64,000 nt of DNA from Macrostomum lignano (Eukaryota): assembly GCA_002269645.1 (NCBI GenBank), contig NIVC01000650.1:62001-126000 (forward strand). The letters are read 5' to 3'. Under the pieces are notes generated by a model that did no database searches, was not told the origin of the DNA, and saw only the letters and a program-made list of their open reading frames with translations. The position numbers and the translations under genes were made by a program. The stretch's first letter is position 1; each line of letters starts with the position of its first letter. Below are positions 35,407-48,600 of this stretch, in pieces.

Positions 35407-37109
35407 GTGTTGGACAGTGTTTGCATGGCTGCAGCTCAAGTGCAATTTGATCCAGATACTGACTCCAAACTAAAAGAGGAAGAAGGCTGGCTAACAGCAG
35501 ACGAGGGTAAAGATGAAGAAGACCTGCATCTCCAGCCAAATGAAGATGCCAGAGGCTTGCCAAATGATGCTTGGGTGGCACAGGAAGCTGGGCAGGATCA
35601 ACAGCCAGATGCAGAGCCCAAGTTCTTGGGAATGCCTGGTATCAATCCTGACTTACCGAGGCCAGAGACTGCTGATGATGATCCAGCTGCGTTTTTCAAG
35701 CTGTTTCTGACTGCTGACCTGCTGCAACAGCTCTGCGCTTGGACCAATGCGAGGGTGTGATGCAAATTTGATGAGCTACAAGCATCAATGCCAAACCTGC
35801 CTCAAAGGTTCTCTGCGTGAAAAGACATGATTGTGGACAAGATAAAGAAGTTTGTCACCATGTCGCTTTACATGGGAATAGATAAAAAGCCTGAGATAGC
35901 CAACTATTGGGGCAAAGATGATTTCTAGGCAATATCTTTCTTCCAACAACTCACTTGTCTGACAAGGGACAGGTACCAACAGATCAGTAGCCAGCTGCAC
36001 TTCTATGATTGCAACAACTTCATGGAAATGACCCGCTAGCAAAGGCAAGGCCATTTATCACGCATATAGTCAAGATACATCATGGTATATACATGCCAGA
36101 AAAAGAAATTAGTGTCGACAAAGAGCTTGTTCTGTTCAGGGGACGCCTTATGTTTTGTCAATATATTCTATCTAAGAAAGCGCAATATGGCATCAAACTG
36201 TATTGTCTCTGCAAAGCTAGATCCAGTTACATCAGCAACTTGTTAGTGCACTCTAGTAGAGCTAAAAATGAGCAATTTGGTCAAGGTCTCGGGTGTGGGG
36301 GGGCTGTCTCTGAGTGAGAAAGTCTTGGTGGAAGCAGTTAGGTATGTATTAGATTTAGGTTATCACATCTTCTGCGATAGCTGGTTCGGATCTTATCGTC
36401 TTGCGATGTATCTGCTGCAGTAGAGCACTATGATAACATGCACAATTTGCACCAATTGCAGTGTCCCAGATAGCCTTTGTGGTAGGCCTATCCAGGAAAA
36501 CCAAGCTCCAAGCTACATGTTTTATGCGCAAAGGAAATATGCTAACATTGAAAATAGTTGACAGGAAGAGCTTTTTTACTTCCTTGACACACAAGGTGTA
36601 GCCCAACTTCACCCTGTTCACTGAATTGTGCAAAACAAACTGATCATCCAGCAGAAGCAACAGATAGTTGTGTTGTACAACAGATTTATGGGTGGTGTCG
36701 ACAGGCTGGACTCTGCCTTGCAGCCATACAACCCATGCTGGCAGACTTAGAAGTGACCTACAAAGCTTGGTATGCACCTTTTTTGTATTGGCCAGAAATG
36801 CCTGGGTTGTGTACTGATTGTGCAGAGGTACACTGGAGTTTTTTTTTTTGAGACCATCATCAAGAACTTTATTGACTCCTTTGGACCAGGTTGTGTAAGA
36901 GCTGCTCGGGCATAGCAGCAGCCAGCAGTGGTAAAGTGCTAAAGCACATTGAAGCCACTAAAGCGCAAGCCCAACCAACGAAGTGGTGCAGGCAGTGCTA
37001 CAAGAATAGCCAGGCCAAGAAAATAGTCTTCTGCTGCGGCTCATGTGAAGGCAACCCTGGACTGTGTGCAGCCCCCTGCTTTGCCAACTGGCATGCCGCT
37101 CAGGTGTAA
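35407..37109 (+). pseudogene. piggyBac (PGBD) transposase pseudogene with multiple stops and frameshifts
   Basis: DPAAFFKLFLT...WTNAR; EISVDKELVLFRGRLMFCQYILSKKAQYGIK; GYHIFCDSWF (~36360); YNRFMGGVDRLD (~36680); C-terminal Cys-rich domain CRQC...CGSC...LCAAPCFANWH. Confidence 0.93.
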
Positions 37110-37318
37110 CTTAAATTTGTTTTTAGTTTTCAAAGCCAAAGGCAGCTCATATTTAATTGACAAACAATATGTGGCATAACTTTGGTTTCTCACTCTAAAT
37201 TATTTTCCGGATTCTTTAAAACTTAGTCTAAAAATTTAAAACAAGTAAAAAAGGTAAAAGGTAAAAAGTGAACATGACACAATGTTGTAGTCCAAAATCC
37301 AAACATGCTTGGGCACAA

Positions 37319-37470
37319 CCTTGGGATTCACCTGGCCATTTCTATTGGCAACACACACATGTAAGTCGCTATTGGATGGAATAGTAGTCACGTGACTGCT
37401 CTCAGCCAATAGCGACTTACATGTGTGTGTTGCCAATAGAAACAGCTGGGTGATTCCCAAAGTTGCAAAT
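37319..37470. repeat. Hairpin/palindromic mini-element with perfect 34-bp inner arms; degenerate copy at about 38893-38980
   Basis: 37342-37375 ctattggcaacacacacatgtaagtcgctattgg is the exact reverse complement of 37406-37439; the loop is 30 nt. Confidence 0.85.
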
Positions 37471-38194
37471 GTATGAATCTAAAGCAGGAATATGAAGCAG
37501 ATTTCTGAATTCCTAATCTGGAAAGGCCGGAAAATAATCAGTAAAGCAGGTTTAAAAGCATTAAAGTATTAATTTGGTGACTTAAATTAATTAAAGTATT
37601 AATTAATTAGTATTAATTTCTGAAAAAACAAGAAAATAATTTAGAGCAAGAAACTGAAGTTATACCCAATATGCCATCTGGTTACAAACAGGTTATGTTA
37701 TTATTGCTGTTTAGCTGTTAAAAATTGTTTATACATTATAGCAATTTATCTTCTTGATTTTTACTGTTTCTTATTAAAAATGACTATATCAGATAGAAAA
37801 ACTCATTGACCATGATCTATAAAATGTTTTCTGTATAGAAAATAGTTATGGCCTGCTCAGTAGGCCAAAGCTGCAAGCTACGGTTATGTAGACTTATTTT
37901 TCGAAATAGCATCAAAATGATTTACAAGCCATAGGCCTAGACCATGAGCTATGGCCTGCAGAGCAAGCCACCCGCATCCTTGGGTTTAAAGACTCAGTGG
38001 GCAGATTCTAGAAGGTAAAGACCCAATGAAAGGGGGATAATTGAGGTAGATGAAGTAATTGAAAGGGTAGAGTAATTGAAAGGGATAACCTATGGCCTGT
38101 GGTCTTGAACTAAAAACTCATTTAGCTCTCAAATGGAAAAAAAGGTTGCCAACCCCTATTTTAGGCCTATTCATAATCATGCTTGGGTGCAACC

Positions 38195-38863
38195 TAGGGT
38201 TTTTTGTGCGCAGTGTGCGTATGCTCCCTAAATTTTAAAATCGCACCTTGAAATTAAAAAAGTAGGTGCAGTTTAGGTGCGGTCTTATAACCATTTTTCT
38301 TTAAAGGCTTAACCATGCTTAACATACATGCGCAACCTCCAAAATTCGGTTGGCCATGCGACTTAGTTTAAACAAAAATGCGACATAGTTTTTGGCCAAA
38401 AATGTGACTTACATGTAAAAAACCCTAATGCAAAATTAATGCAACTTTGGGTAAGCGGCAGGAGTAACTATGACAGTCTGATTAAGTCAAAATGCCTCAT
38501 TAGCTACTTAGTACTACTACTTCTGTATTTTTTTGGGTGGGCATTTTTGCAACTTTCTTGGTTGGCCACCAAATTGGTCGGGCAGATCGGCCGACTCGGC
38601 CAACTGTTGCACATGTATGATGCTTAAGCTATTTTTCATGCACTGCCTTAAAATATGAAACAAAATAACTCTTTAACTCCTATTAAGTTATATAGGCAAT
38701 ATAGCCTATGGCATGGCTATAGCCTTATGTAAGATATTAAAATATACATTCCCAGTTGTCTAAAACAAGACTCAAGAGAAATTGCACTCTGAGCCTTAAA
38801 ATTGCACCTTGAAATTTGGCACAAGGTGTGATTTTGTACCTTGTCTCTGGCAAAAAAACCCAG
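38195..38863. mobile_element. hAT-like MITE, 669 bp, with a perfect 8-bp TSD
   Basis: Ends tagggttttttg and caaaaaaacccag; TSD gtgcaacc at 38187-38194 and 38864-38871. Confidence 0.75.
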
Positions 38864-39489
38864 GTGCAACCTAGGGTTTTACCTAGCCGTGTCTATTAGC
38901 AACATACATATGTAAGTTGCTATTGGATGGAATAGTAGTCATGTAACTGCTCTCAGCTAATTAGCAACTTACATGTTGCATATGTACAAGGCTTGTCCCA
39001 GAAATAGTGGGAAAAACTGGTATAGAAGCTGACTGACTATGATATTCAAATTTGATGCAACTTGCATCATAAGTAGAAAAAAATCCAATGGTTGCTTTGC
39101 TTTTTAAATGGGGTAAAAATGTCAATTCATTCAAAAGTTATGCCTATAATTAGAACAAGGGGTAGGGGGTAGAGTCACACTGTAACGTGGCATTAAACAT
39201 GACATGACATTTACTTTGATAATTTACATTGATATTGCATAGCTAGCTATATAACCTATATTAAAACAAGTTATTATTTTTGTAATCAATTATTATCAAT
39301 TATCTTTTATGGATAAATATTATTTATTATTATCAAACAATTTTCTATTTCTACTTGTACAATAACTAAGCAAAGAGAAGTTTATTGCGTAAATATACCA
39401 GTTTGGACCATTAGCTATCATTATAAATATCATAATTATACTTTGTGGTCATGGTGGAAGCTGGATGCAGATGTTTCAATACATTTGAT

Positions 39490-39660
39490 ATCGGGATCCC
39501 GGGATCCTGGGATTTTTTTGAACTTCGAAGCAGGATCCCGGGATTACTCTCAGTCGGGATTTTCCGGGATTAGTGATCCCCCCGGGATTTTAAACCATTG
39601 GGATTTCAGGATTTCTCAATCCGGGATTGTAAATTGTCGGGATTTTGGAATCCCTAATCA
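39490..39660 (+). repeat. GGGAT(CCC)-rich short repetitive element ending ggaatcccta
   Basis: About 12 gggat motifs within 170 bp; family not assignable. Confidence 0.5.
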
Positions 39661-39889
39661 CCATAACAATAAGAAATGTCATAAATCTGAAAGATTAAAA
39701 TTTGGAATTGGCATTAAAAATCTAGATTGATTGTTGTAAATTGAAAATGGATCTAATTTTTTGAAAGAAAATAACAATGCCAAGAGCCAGCAACAAAAAA
39801 GAAACATAGTAAAAAGTATTTTAAAAGAATAAAAACTTAATTCTGATATTTTAAGTTCGAAGTGTTGAACTATGGTCATTCATTCCATG

Positions 39890-39920
<31 letters not shown>

Positions 39921-40827
39921 GAACGATGAATGAATCATGGATCATCATGGATAATCGTATCGGATTTTCAAGGAAAACAACAAACTCGAATTAAAGCTGT
40001 ATGCATTTTAAAGTAACAAAAGTATTTAAATTACTATGCTTACAGCCAAATGGCTTTAAAAAATAATTTTTAAGAATTAAAAACTGTGTGTTGCATTAAA
40101 AGACAAGTGAAAACTTTTAACTATGTTTGCTGTGATTAAATAGATGCATGACGAAATGTTATACAGCTACAGCATTGACTATACTATACTTTTACATTGC
40201 AACTACGAGAATTACCAGCCGTCTTTCATCAATGGCTGGCATTTCAGGCACCTTTTCGGTCTGTGAATCGATGGTCACCTGCTTTTTAACTTCATACATT
40301 GTTGCCATGCAGTGATGTTTTTGTCAGCGCCCCCTGCCGTGTTTGTCTCGCCACAGATATTAACCATCATCGTCTTGGATGCTCCTTTAGCTGTTCCGGC
40401 AGAACCTGATACTATCTCAGTTTCATGCTCTTCCATTGGCAACGATCGAACTGGAGCAGGATGCAGGAGCAGAATTAAAGCATGAGCTTTCGAGCCAGCT
40501 GCATGGAGATACATGTAATGGCGCGCTAAATCACTTCTGCTGGGAAAGAGACTCACCGTATATAACGCTCCAGAGCCCCGCTGCTGTGTTCGGTGACACG
40601 CGCTATATATATCCACTACTACACATCAAGCCTGTCGTTGGAGAGAGTACATGTACTACATGTACGTCATGCACACACGTCCTGCAGAGATTGGTTGGAA
40701 CGATTAACGCGAGCTGAGCGATAATCTTTAATACGGAACCACAGCTTCTCCTGCTTAATTGCTATCAAAAAAACAATTTGCTCTGCAGCTTTGACCCCCG
40801 TTCGACTGCAAACCTTATCTTTCTACA

Positions 40828-42609
40828 CCTGGCGGTAAAAATCACGTCAAAATGACGTCGATATTCGACTTTCAAAAACTAGCGACTAATGAGTTGTCGT
40901 TTGAACCTTCATTCGACGTCGAAATTTCGATATTAATTTTTTTATCCCTCAATTTGCAGAATTGATCAGTAATAAGTATTTAAAAATATTTTTCCAACGT
41001 TGCTTTAAGTTAACTTAAAGGACAAATTAATTCAGTGTAAAACAGACACGATAATTTTTGTTTACAACGCATAAGATACACATTTTTTTAAAAATATCGC
41101 CATGCGATGTCGATTATCGATCGCATCTCGATTATTTGTCATATTGTAGACTTATAAATTAATTTTAGTGTATTTCATAATCGTATATATTTTCTGTATT
41201 ACACTTGGCAATTCATTCCTTTCATTATGTAATTTGTGTTGCATTATTTTTGTTGCTATTAATGTGCGTTAAAAATTTTGTGTTTAGTTTGATGTTTTAT
41301 AATACTGCCGCTGACTACTATATACATGTAGGATTTTATACAGGACAAATGAATTAATATCAAAGTAGCCATAAACTAGAAACTTTTACTTTTTAGTGCA
41401 GCCTATTGGAAATATTAATAGTGTAACAATGAACAGTGATGGATTCAATCCTCATACTCGTAAATGTTAAAAGGGCACAACTCTATGTAAAGTATATATT
41501 TGTTTTGAAACAAATTTTTGAGAAATGTATTAAAATATAATTTTAACTTAAAATTCATTTATATATGCATTCTAAGGAATGTTTGTTACATTCAAAGACA
41601 AAAAGCATAGCCCACCCATAGCTGCATGAATTACTACTTATACCATAATTATCTTAACTTTTTCTATGTAGGGAAAACAGGAGATACTATAATATGTAGC
41701 TATGCTATAAAAAGTTAAAAACTCTATTGTAAATGCTCTATGAGGTCTGGGATTATATTTAGAACATATTGTATTGTATTTCAATATTGTATATATATTG
41801 TAATTTTTTTCAGAAATTTATTTTATTTCAAGTATTTTACTTGTTTAGTAAAGCCACCTCCTACTCTACCAAAAATTTTCAGCAAATACCCATCTCAACT
41901 TGGCGGCCAAGGACGTCCTATGCGACGGCAGAAGACTGCGCTTTTTAGGGGTGCAGAAAAGCTGACTTTTCCACAAGGAGTAAACGCGCTGACGCCATTG
42001 ATTTTCAATGTTTCCCATTTATGATTCCAATTTGTTGAATTTGTTGCATTTGTTGCCATTGTTGTTCCTCATTTTCCATCGTTTACTTTCTGTTCCTGAT
42101 AGCTTGATGCTATTTCTATGATTATATTTCAAATTGCTAGTGAATTGAATACACTGTATACTTTTTTCATGGTTGCGAGATAATAATTGCATCTATGGTT
42201 TGGATATATATCAAATGAAACGTCATGCAGTCTTGATTGGCATTTTTATGCTTTATTTCGTTCCTCTTAGGGTAGATTATAGCTAGTGTATGAATTAACA
42301 TTATGTTTCGTCAGTTATAAGTACATGTAGCTTATGACATTGTATGAAACAATGAACTAGCATATTATTAACTAATAATGATACTATAGTATATAGATAA
42401 AAAATCGAAAATTTGTCGAAAATCGCCATCAGCTTGCTGACATCACGAATATAAACGACGTCGACTTTTCGCCATCAGTAGTGGAAAACGCGACGTCGCA
42501 TACTCGTCGTCTGATGGCGAAACATTCGACGTCGAAATCGGGGTTCAAATCGACATGAAATTTCGACGTCGCTTTTCGACGTCATTTCGACGTGATTTTT
42601 ACCGCCGGG
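40828..42609. mobile_element. Non-autonomous CMC/EnSpm-like DNA transposon, 1.78 kb
   Basis: 33-bp TIRs cctggcggtaaaaatcacgtcaaaatgacgtcg and cgacgtcatttcgacgtgatttttaccgccggg. A 2-bp CA flank occurs on both sides. There are subterminal cgacgtcg repeats and an AT-rich non-coding interior. CCC termini with a 2-bp TSD fit animal EnSpm. Confidence 0.7.
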
Positions 42610-44947
42610 CATGTAGCTCGTACAAAACGTGACAGGTATAGCCGCGTAGTAGAATAAACGGGGAATAAACTATACTTCTACAAGCCTATTGTGCAGCAAT
42701 AACATCAACAGCGCAAAAACAATTAATACGCAGCCCCTCATGCAAAGATCACAGTAGTGAGAGCAGGATTCGGAAGGGCCGTTCGATTCGGACCTGACCC
42801 CGCCTTGCTGAACGGGCCTGTTGCAAGGTGAGAGCAGCAGGAAGTCCTGAACAGGTCGAGGGCTAGGTACGAGAATAATTACGAGGGGCTAGCCCGAACT
42901 CGGCCTGTACTAAGGCAGAGAGATACAGTGTACGACTGCAGAGAGTTGACGAAGCCTCTTTGGCGTTTATTAGATCGATACGCAGGTTAAATACGATACA
43001 TGTACAACGATTGTTTACATAACTGGGTAATAAAATATGAGACAGAGGGGGTGAGTGAAAAGCACGTGTACTTAATAGCAACCCCCAACTCCGCTCTAGC
43101 GACTTGCGCATACGAAGTACACTTGCAACTTACTACAGCAGGACGCGTCCTGAACAGGTTGGGGCTGTAGCTCTCGGCCCGGATCACGCTACCCGCAAGT
43201 TGAAGTCGCCGCCGGCGGCGCAGGAATTGGACAGGCGCTGCAGCTTGTCCCTATCGATTTGTTGTGCCAGCATAGACATGCACTTAGCAAGCGTACGTCT
43301 ATGTTGCATAGTGCTTGCAGAAAATCAATTAAGACAATTAACCCCTACGCCTGTAACGTGTCTAAATTAAATTGATGTTTCCACTTGTTTAAATAAAAAA
43401 AGCGGCTCGCTCAAAATATTTGATAGAAGATAAAAGGTTAGTAATCCCTCTGTAATTTTCTACAAAAAATCAGCAACATCGAAAAGTCGCGATCACAGAA
43501 AATTCTGTCTGTGGTCGCCACTTCTGAGAGTGCAGGTATAAAAGTCTCTCATCTTTACGAGTTGCGGCCGACTTGAGTTGAGGAATGAAGTGGGGGGGCA
43601 GCGGTGTGCGAGGCTTGGACGGATTAAAGCTACCCCGATCGGTTTTTTCGTATCTTTTATTTCATCAAAACAAAGAAAATACATCAGTAAACGTTTGCCA
43701 ACACAATCAGGCGAATTATAACCAGGCGTGTCAGTATTTTATTTGCTCAATATACGAGCGCAGCACTACTAATGCTACAATTGTAATTGACATTACGAGT
43801 ACTTGCAGAAAACTGGCGTCGCATATAAGTGTCTTCCTTAAACGTCATAAGCGTGAAGTCCTCGTTTAATCATCGTTGCCACATCGGGTTGGTTGTCAGT
43901 TGATGGAGCTCGCTTTTGGGATTGTCGGATCTCCTTCCAACGCGCTCGAACCCCCGATATTTCGGTTTGTCGACTCGGCGACCGGAATGACAGCAGCTTA
44001 TTGACTCGAACATCAGGCTCAGCAGGAGCACAAGGCATAGGCCCTTCCGATCGAATAGGTTTACTAAAATAGAAAGATTACTTCGAAGTATTAAAAACGT
44101 TAAGCATGCGGCACTGAAAGTGAGGGCCAGTTTTGAAAAGCACAGCCAACAGGGCTAAAGTGGAATGCCGAATAAAATACTCTTATGAATGTTTTATATA
44201 TTAAAATCATAACAACTGTTTTGAAATCGCAAAATATCTTTCTAAAAGTTTTGCTGAAATGTCGACCAGGGGATTGTGATGATTATTTGATGATGAGAGT
44301 TGATGATTTTCTCCCATAAGAACCAACGCCCAATCGCTTAGAGTGCAAGCAGCCTGACTATGAGACAATCGAAAACAAAAAACAGATACTGTATCTGTAT
44401 CCGTACGACCGTACTCCGGAAATCTTCCAGCCAGGTTCATTCTCATCTACTTGACCGGGCGAGGGATTCCCCCCTATTTGTGGTGAGGACCCCTTCACAT
44501 CAGTTTGTGATTTTTTGTGTGTTTGTGCTTTATTTTATGCGTCATTTTAAAGCAAATTGCGACCTAAAAAATAATCAAAGCTTGATGCCAAACTATTAAA
44601 ACTGTAACGAACACAGAACTATTCAAATATCGAGAGACTTCCAACTCAAACGATAAATATTCTGTCAAATATGGTATATGCATGCGACTCGCGGTTACCT
44701 CGGCGAGGTTTCGGTCGTCTGTCGACGTCGCTGGGAAATTGGATACTCTCAGTCTCTCAAACTGCATTGACGTTCATCAGACGAAGGCATTTTTAAGCCT
44801 AATGCGACTCAAAAAAGTATTCGTAGGTTGCTATTTCAGAAACGAATTTTCTGTCAGATTTGTTACAATCTAATTAAATAAAATTGCAATGAACGCCGAA
44901 CTACTTAAAATCAAGTGACTTCGAATTCAAACGAAAAAATCAGCCAA

Positions 44948-45385
<438 letters not shown>

Positions 45386-45647
45386 ATATCAAATTTTACC
45401 TATCTAATACGCGCGCCTATTCCCATTAGCTCAATGACTACGTCACATCAGGATGGTGCATGCTCATTCAGCTAAAATCCAAGTATGAACCGTGATTCGT
45501 GTGCAGAAGAAAGGAAGAAAAAGAGCAACAGCAATTAACTTAAAGAGTTTTGTTGTCATACATTTCGGGAGATGGAGCACTGTCACAACACTCACATACT
45601 GTGCGTTCTCTAGAAACGCTTTAAGTAACATGCTGAGTCGCAAGAAT

Positions 45648-48600
45648 TCAATACGGTCTGGCCAGCTGTCTCAGCTGCAGCTGGCGAATCTTCTCGTCCA
45701 GCTCTCGCTTCAACTCGGTGTCGGGGCTGCAGTACTTCTCAGCCACCAGCAGCTCCTGCTCGTCTGCGTCTTCTCGTTGAGACACATCCTCAATCCATTC
45801 CGCCGCGGCATCCTCGCTTTCAGTCCCCAGCTCGAGTCTCAGAGCCCACACCAGCGCGTCGAAGTTCATGTAGAAAAATGAGACACTGTTAAGCCCCATC
45901 TGCAGCGGAAAGCACTCAGCCAGGGCACCAGTCACGAACTGAAGCTGAGGACGCTGCTCAAACCGCAAGCAGAACTTCCAAGCCGAGTCACAGCTCAGTA
46001 GGTGTTGCCACACAGCCTCGGGTGTAGCCTCAGACAGTGACCTCTCAGCAGGCCAATCGATACCTCTGCTCACCTCGTGACCTCGGCAGTCGCCTATGAC
46101 TTTTGCTGCGGCATGTCGGTTGCCAAACTTGAGACAGGCCAGCGCTTTGAGGGCCTCCCGCGCCGAGCGGGCGCAGTTTGGCAATCTGGCGATCAGCTCT
46201 GTCAGTGACGCTAGCGAGCTCGCGTTGACAATGCCATGGGAAAGGCGCAACAGACAGCTGTTAATTACGTCCGGAATCTCCCAGTATTCGATACTGCTAG
46301 AATCGCTTACCGGATTAGACATTACAATTGGCAGGATTAGAAATGGATGAAAGTAGAATCTGGCCGAATCATCCAGCGGCTTGAGACTGTTCTTAAACTG
46401 CATCAGCAGCGATGGCAGCTGATCAATCACTATTCTCAGGGTGTCTGCAATGTTTTTCAGTGTCGACTCGATTGAGGATTTTTTGTTGTCAACGCCTTTG
46501 AGATATAACGCGGCATCCTTCAAAAAAAAATGGCTCAGGACTTGACCATGAATATTGTCAGGAGTGCAGCTGCTCTCAACACTGTCAGCTAGCATCTGCA
46601 TTGATTGCCTTGTGAGATTGACGAGATTTTCTGGCCGCCATTCCTCGGGCGATGTTTTCTCCAGCATTCGAAACGTGATGGTTTTTACATGGTACGGCTT
46701 GACGCCCTTCACATTGTAGCCAGACTCGTGCGTTATCACCTTCTTGACGAGGTACTTCAGTGCGATGAACATCTGACCCTGGACTGTGTTGAGACTTCGC
46801 AGTAGCAGTCTCTCAAGGAAGCTGGTGCTCACCCGAAGCTCATGGCCACCTCGACCAGGAGAAGCAGCGTGCACCACGTGACAGGGCGATGTATCAAAAG
46901 CGTCAATGTGCTGCTGAAGTGACCGCAGCACCGGCTTGGGAATTTTGGACTTGGACACTCGATCTGGCAGCAGTGGCGCGATGGCCGGGTAGCTGCATAG
47001 ACGACTGGCGACCACGTGGTCCACCGCCGGTCTCAGATTGGATCCGTATGATGCTTCAGACGGGTTCGATGCTGCAATGCAAATTGTATCAATCACTTTT
47101 TGCAGACGAACCTGTGCTACATGCTACTGATGAATGTTTATTTCCAAGCTCTTACCAAATCCGGGGCACACAATGTGACCGTTGCGGAACTCTTGCTGAA
47201 CAACCGCGCCGCCGCACTTGCACACTCCCCTAGGATGGTAGAGCTTGCCCGCAATCAGCCGCATCATGTCGATGTCCGACTCGATGTCCGTTCTACCGTC
47301 CACCGTTTTCAAATTGTTTCCCCAGCCTTCTGAGTAGCTACCAACAACATAGATTCCATTGTTGTTTAGTCTTTTTCTTAGGATCTTCTGCAGTACGTCC
47401 GCAACTGAGGTTTGCAGAGCGGCTCTGGAGTCTAAGAATCCGGACTGGGAAAGTTTCGCGTGCAACTGCAGGCTGAGCTCGGCATCGCTTGGCGGAACAG
47501 CACTGAAATCGTAAGCAAGTTTTTGTCATCTATTTGTAGATACGATCGAGCTATACGAAAACATTTAGAAACCAGTTATAACTTGTATATACCCACTTTT
47601 CAACACTAGGCTCATCCATTTCTTCTGAATCCTCACTCTCTGAACTATTCTTTGACCTCAGAACGAATTTTAGCACTGTTTCTTCCACATCCGACATAGC
47701 GCCGTAGTCAAAATCCGACGCGTTGCTTAAATTCGACAAGCCGTCTGCGTCATTGAGAGATGCTTCGTCCACAAAGCGTCGCTCTACGAGGTTAGGAACT
47801 TTGATTATTTTAAATCTTTCGTCAAGAAGGATGTCAATATCGGCCTGGGCGGTTGCTAGCAAGTCCACTATATCCTGATGTAAACAAAAAATTGCAAAAT
47901 AATAAGCTGAAGAGCCTGAACTTGTCAAAATGTCGACATCAGCTTGTGCTTTGATAAGCAACTCAACAACACGTCGATGACCCTTATACGATGCAATGTG
48001 CAAGGCTGCCTCGCCAGCATTTGTTTGAAGATTGACGTCCGCTTGGGCTTTAATAAGTAGGTCAACCACTTCGTGATAACCATTCTGCGACGCGATGAAT
48101 ATCGGTGGACAACCGTCGTCTTTTTGTAGATTGACGTCTGCTTGAGCTTTGATTAGCAATTCGACCACTTTGGGGTGACCATTGTGAGCGGCAATGTTCA
48201 GCGGCGTCTCGCCTGTGACCTGCTGCAAATCTACAATGGCGTGAGCCTTGATCAGCGAGTCAACAATTTGATTGTAACCTCCATTGGCAGCGATGTAGAG
48301 AGCAGTCTCGCCGCCAGCTCTTTGCAAATTGACATTTGCTCCGGCTTCGATGAGCAATTTCACCACTTCAGAGTGGCCGTTGAGTGCTGCAGCTTGTAGC
48401 GGCGTTTCACCAGAGTATTTCTGAGGATTTAGTCTCGCATCTGCTTTTATAAGCGAGCCCACTACCGGTGCGTGGCCATTGTGCGATGCGCAGTGAATAG
48501 GTGTTTCACCATTGTGCGAGGAAAGATTAACGTTGGCCTGAGCTCGAATGAGCGCGTCAACCATCTCTTTGTGGCCGTTCTGAGATGCGACGTGAATCGC

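Larger units (their letters stand above)
35072..37985 (+). mobile_element. Decayed piggyBac transposon
   Basis: TTAA-CCCC at 35068-35075 and GGGT-TTAA at 37982-37989. A perfect 16-bp subterminal inverted repeat gctctgcaggccatag (35129) / ctatggcctgcagagc (37949) is asymmetrically spaced, as in piggyBac. Confidence 0.7.
34548..38158. mobile_element. hAT-like element (3.6 kb including the nested piggyBac)
   Basis: TIRs caagggttggcaacct and aggttgccaaccccta. Flanks ttctaggc and ttttaggc are a 7/8 TSD match. The internal gattctrgarrgtaaagacc repeats occur on both sides of the piggyBac. Confidence 0.65.

Noticed and set aside
40200-40717. ORFs 40275..40616 (-) and 40436..40717 (+) as small secreted proteins
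   Set aside because: No recognisable motif and no consistent exon structure could be built
42760-43230. Possible LTR fragment (tcctgaacaggt repeated near 42846 and 43148)
   Set aside because: Only a 12-bp match; no TG..CA pair, PBS or PPT identified
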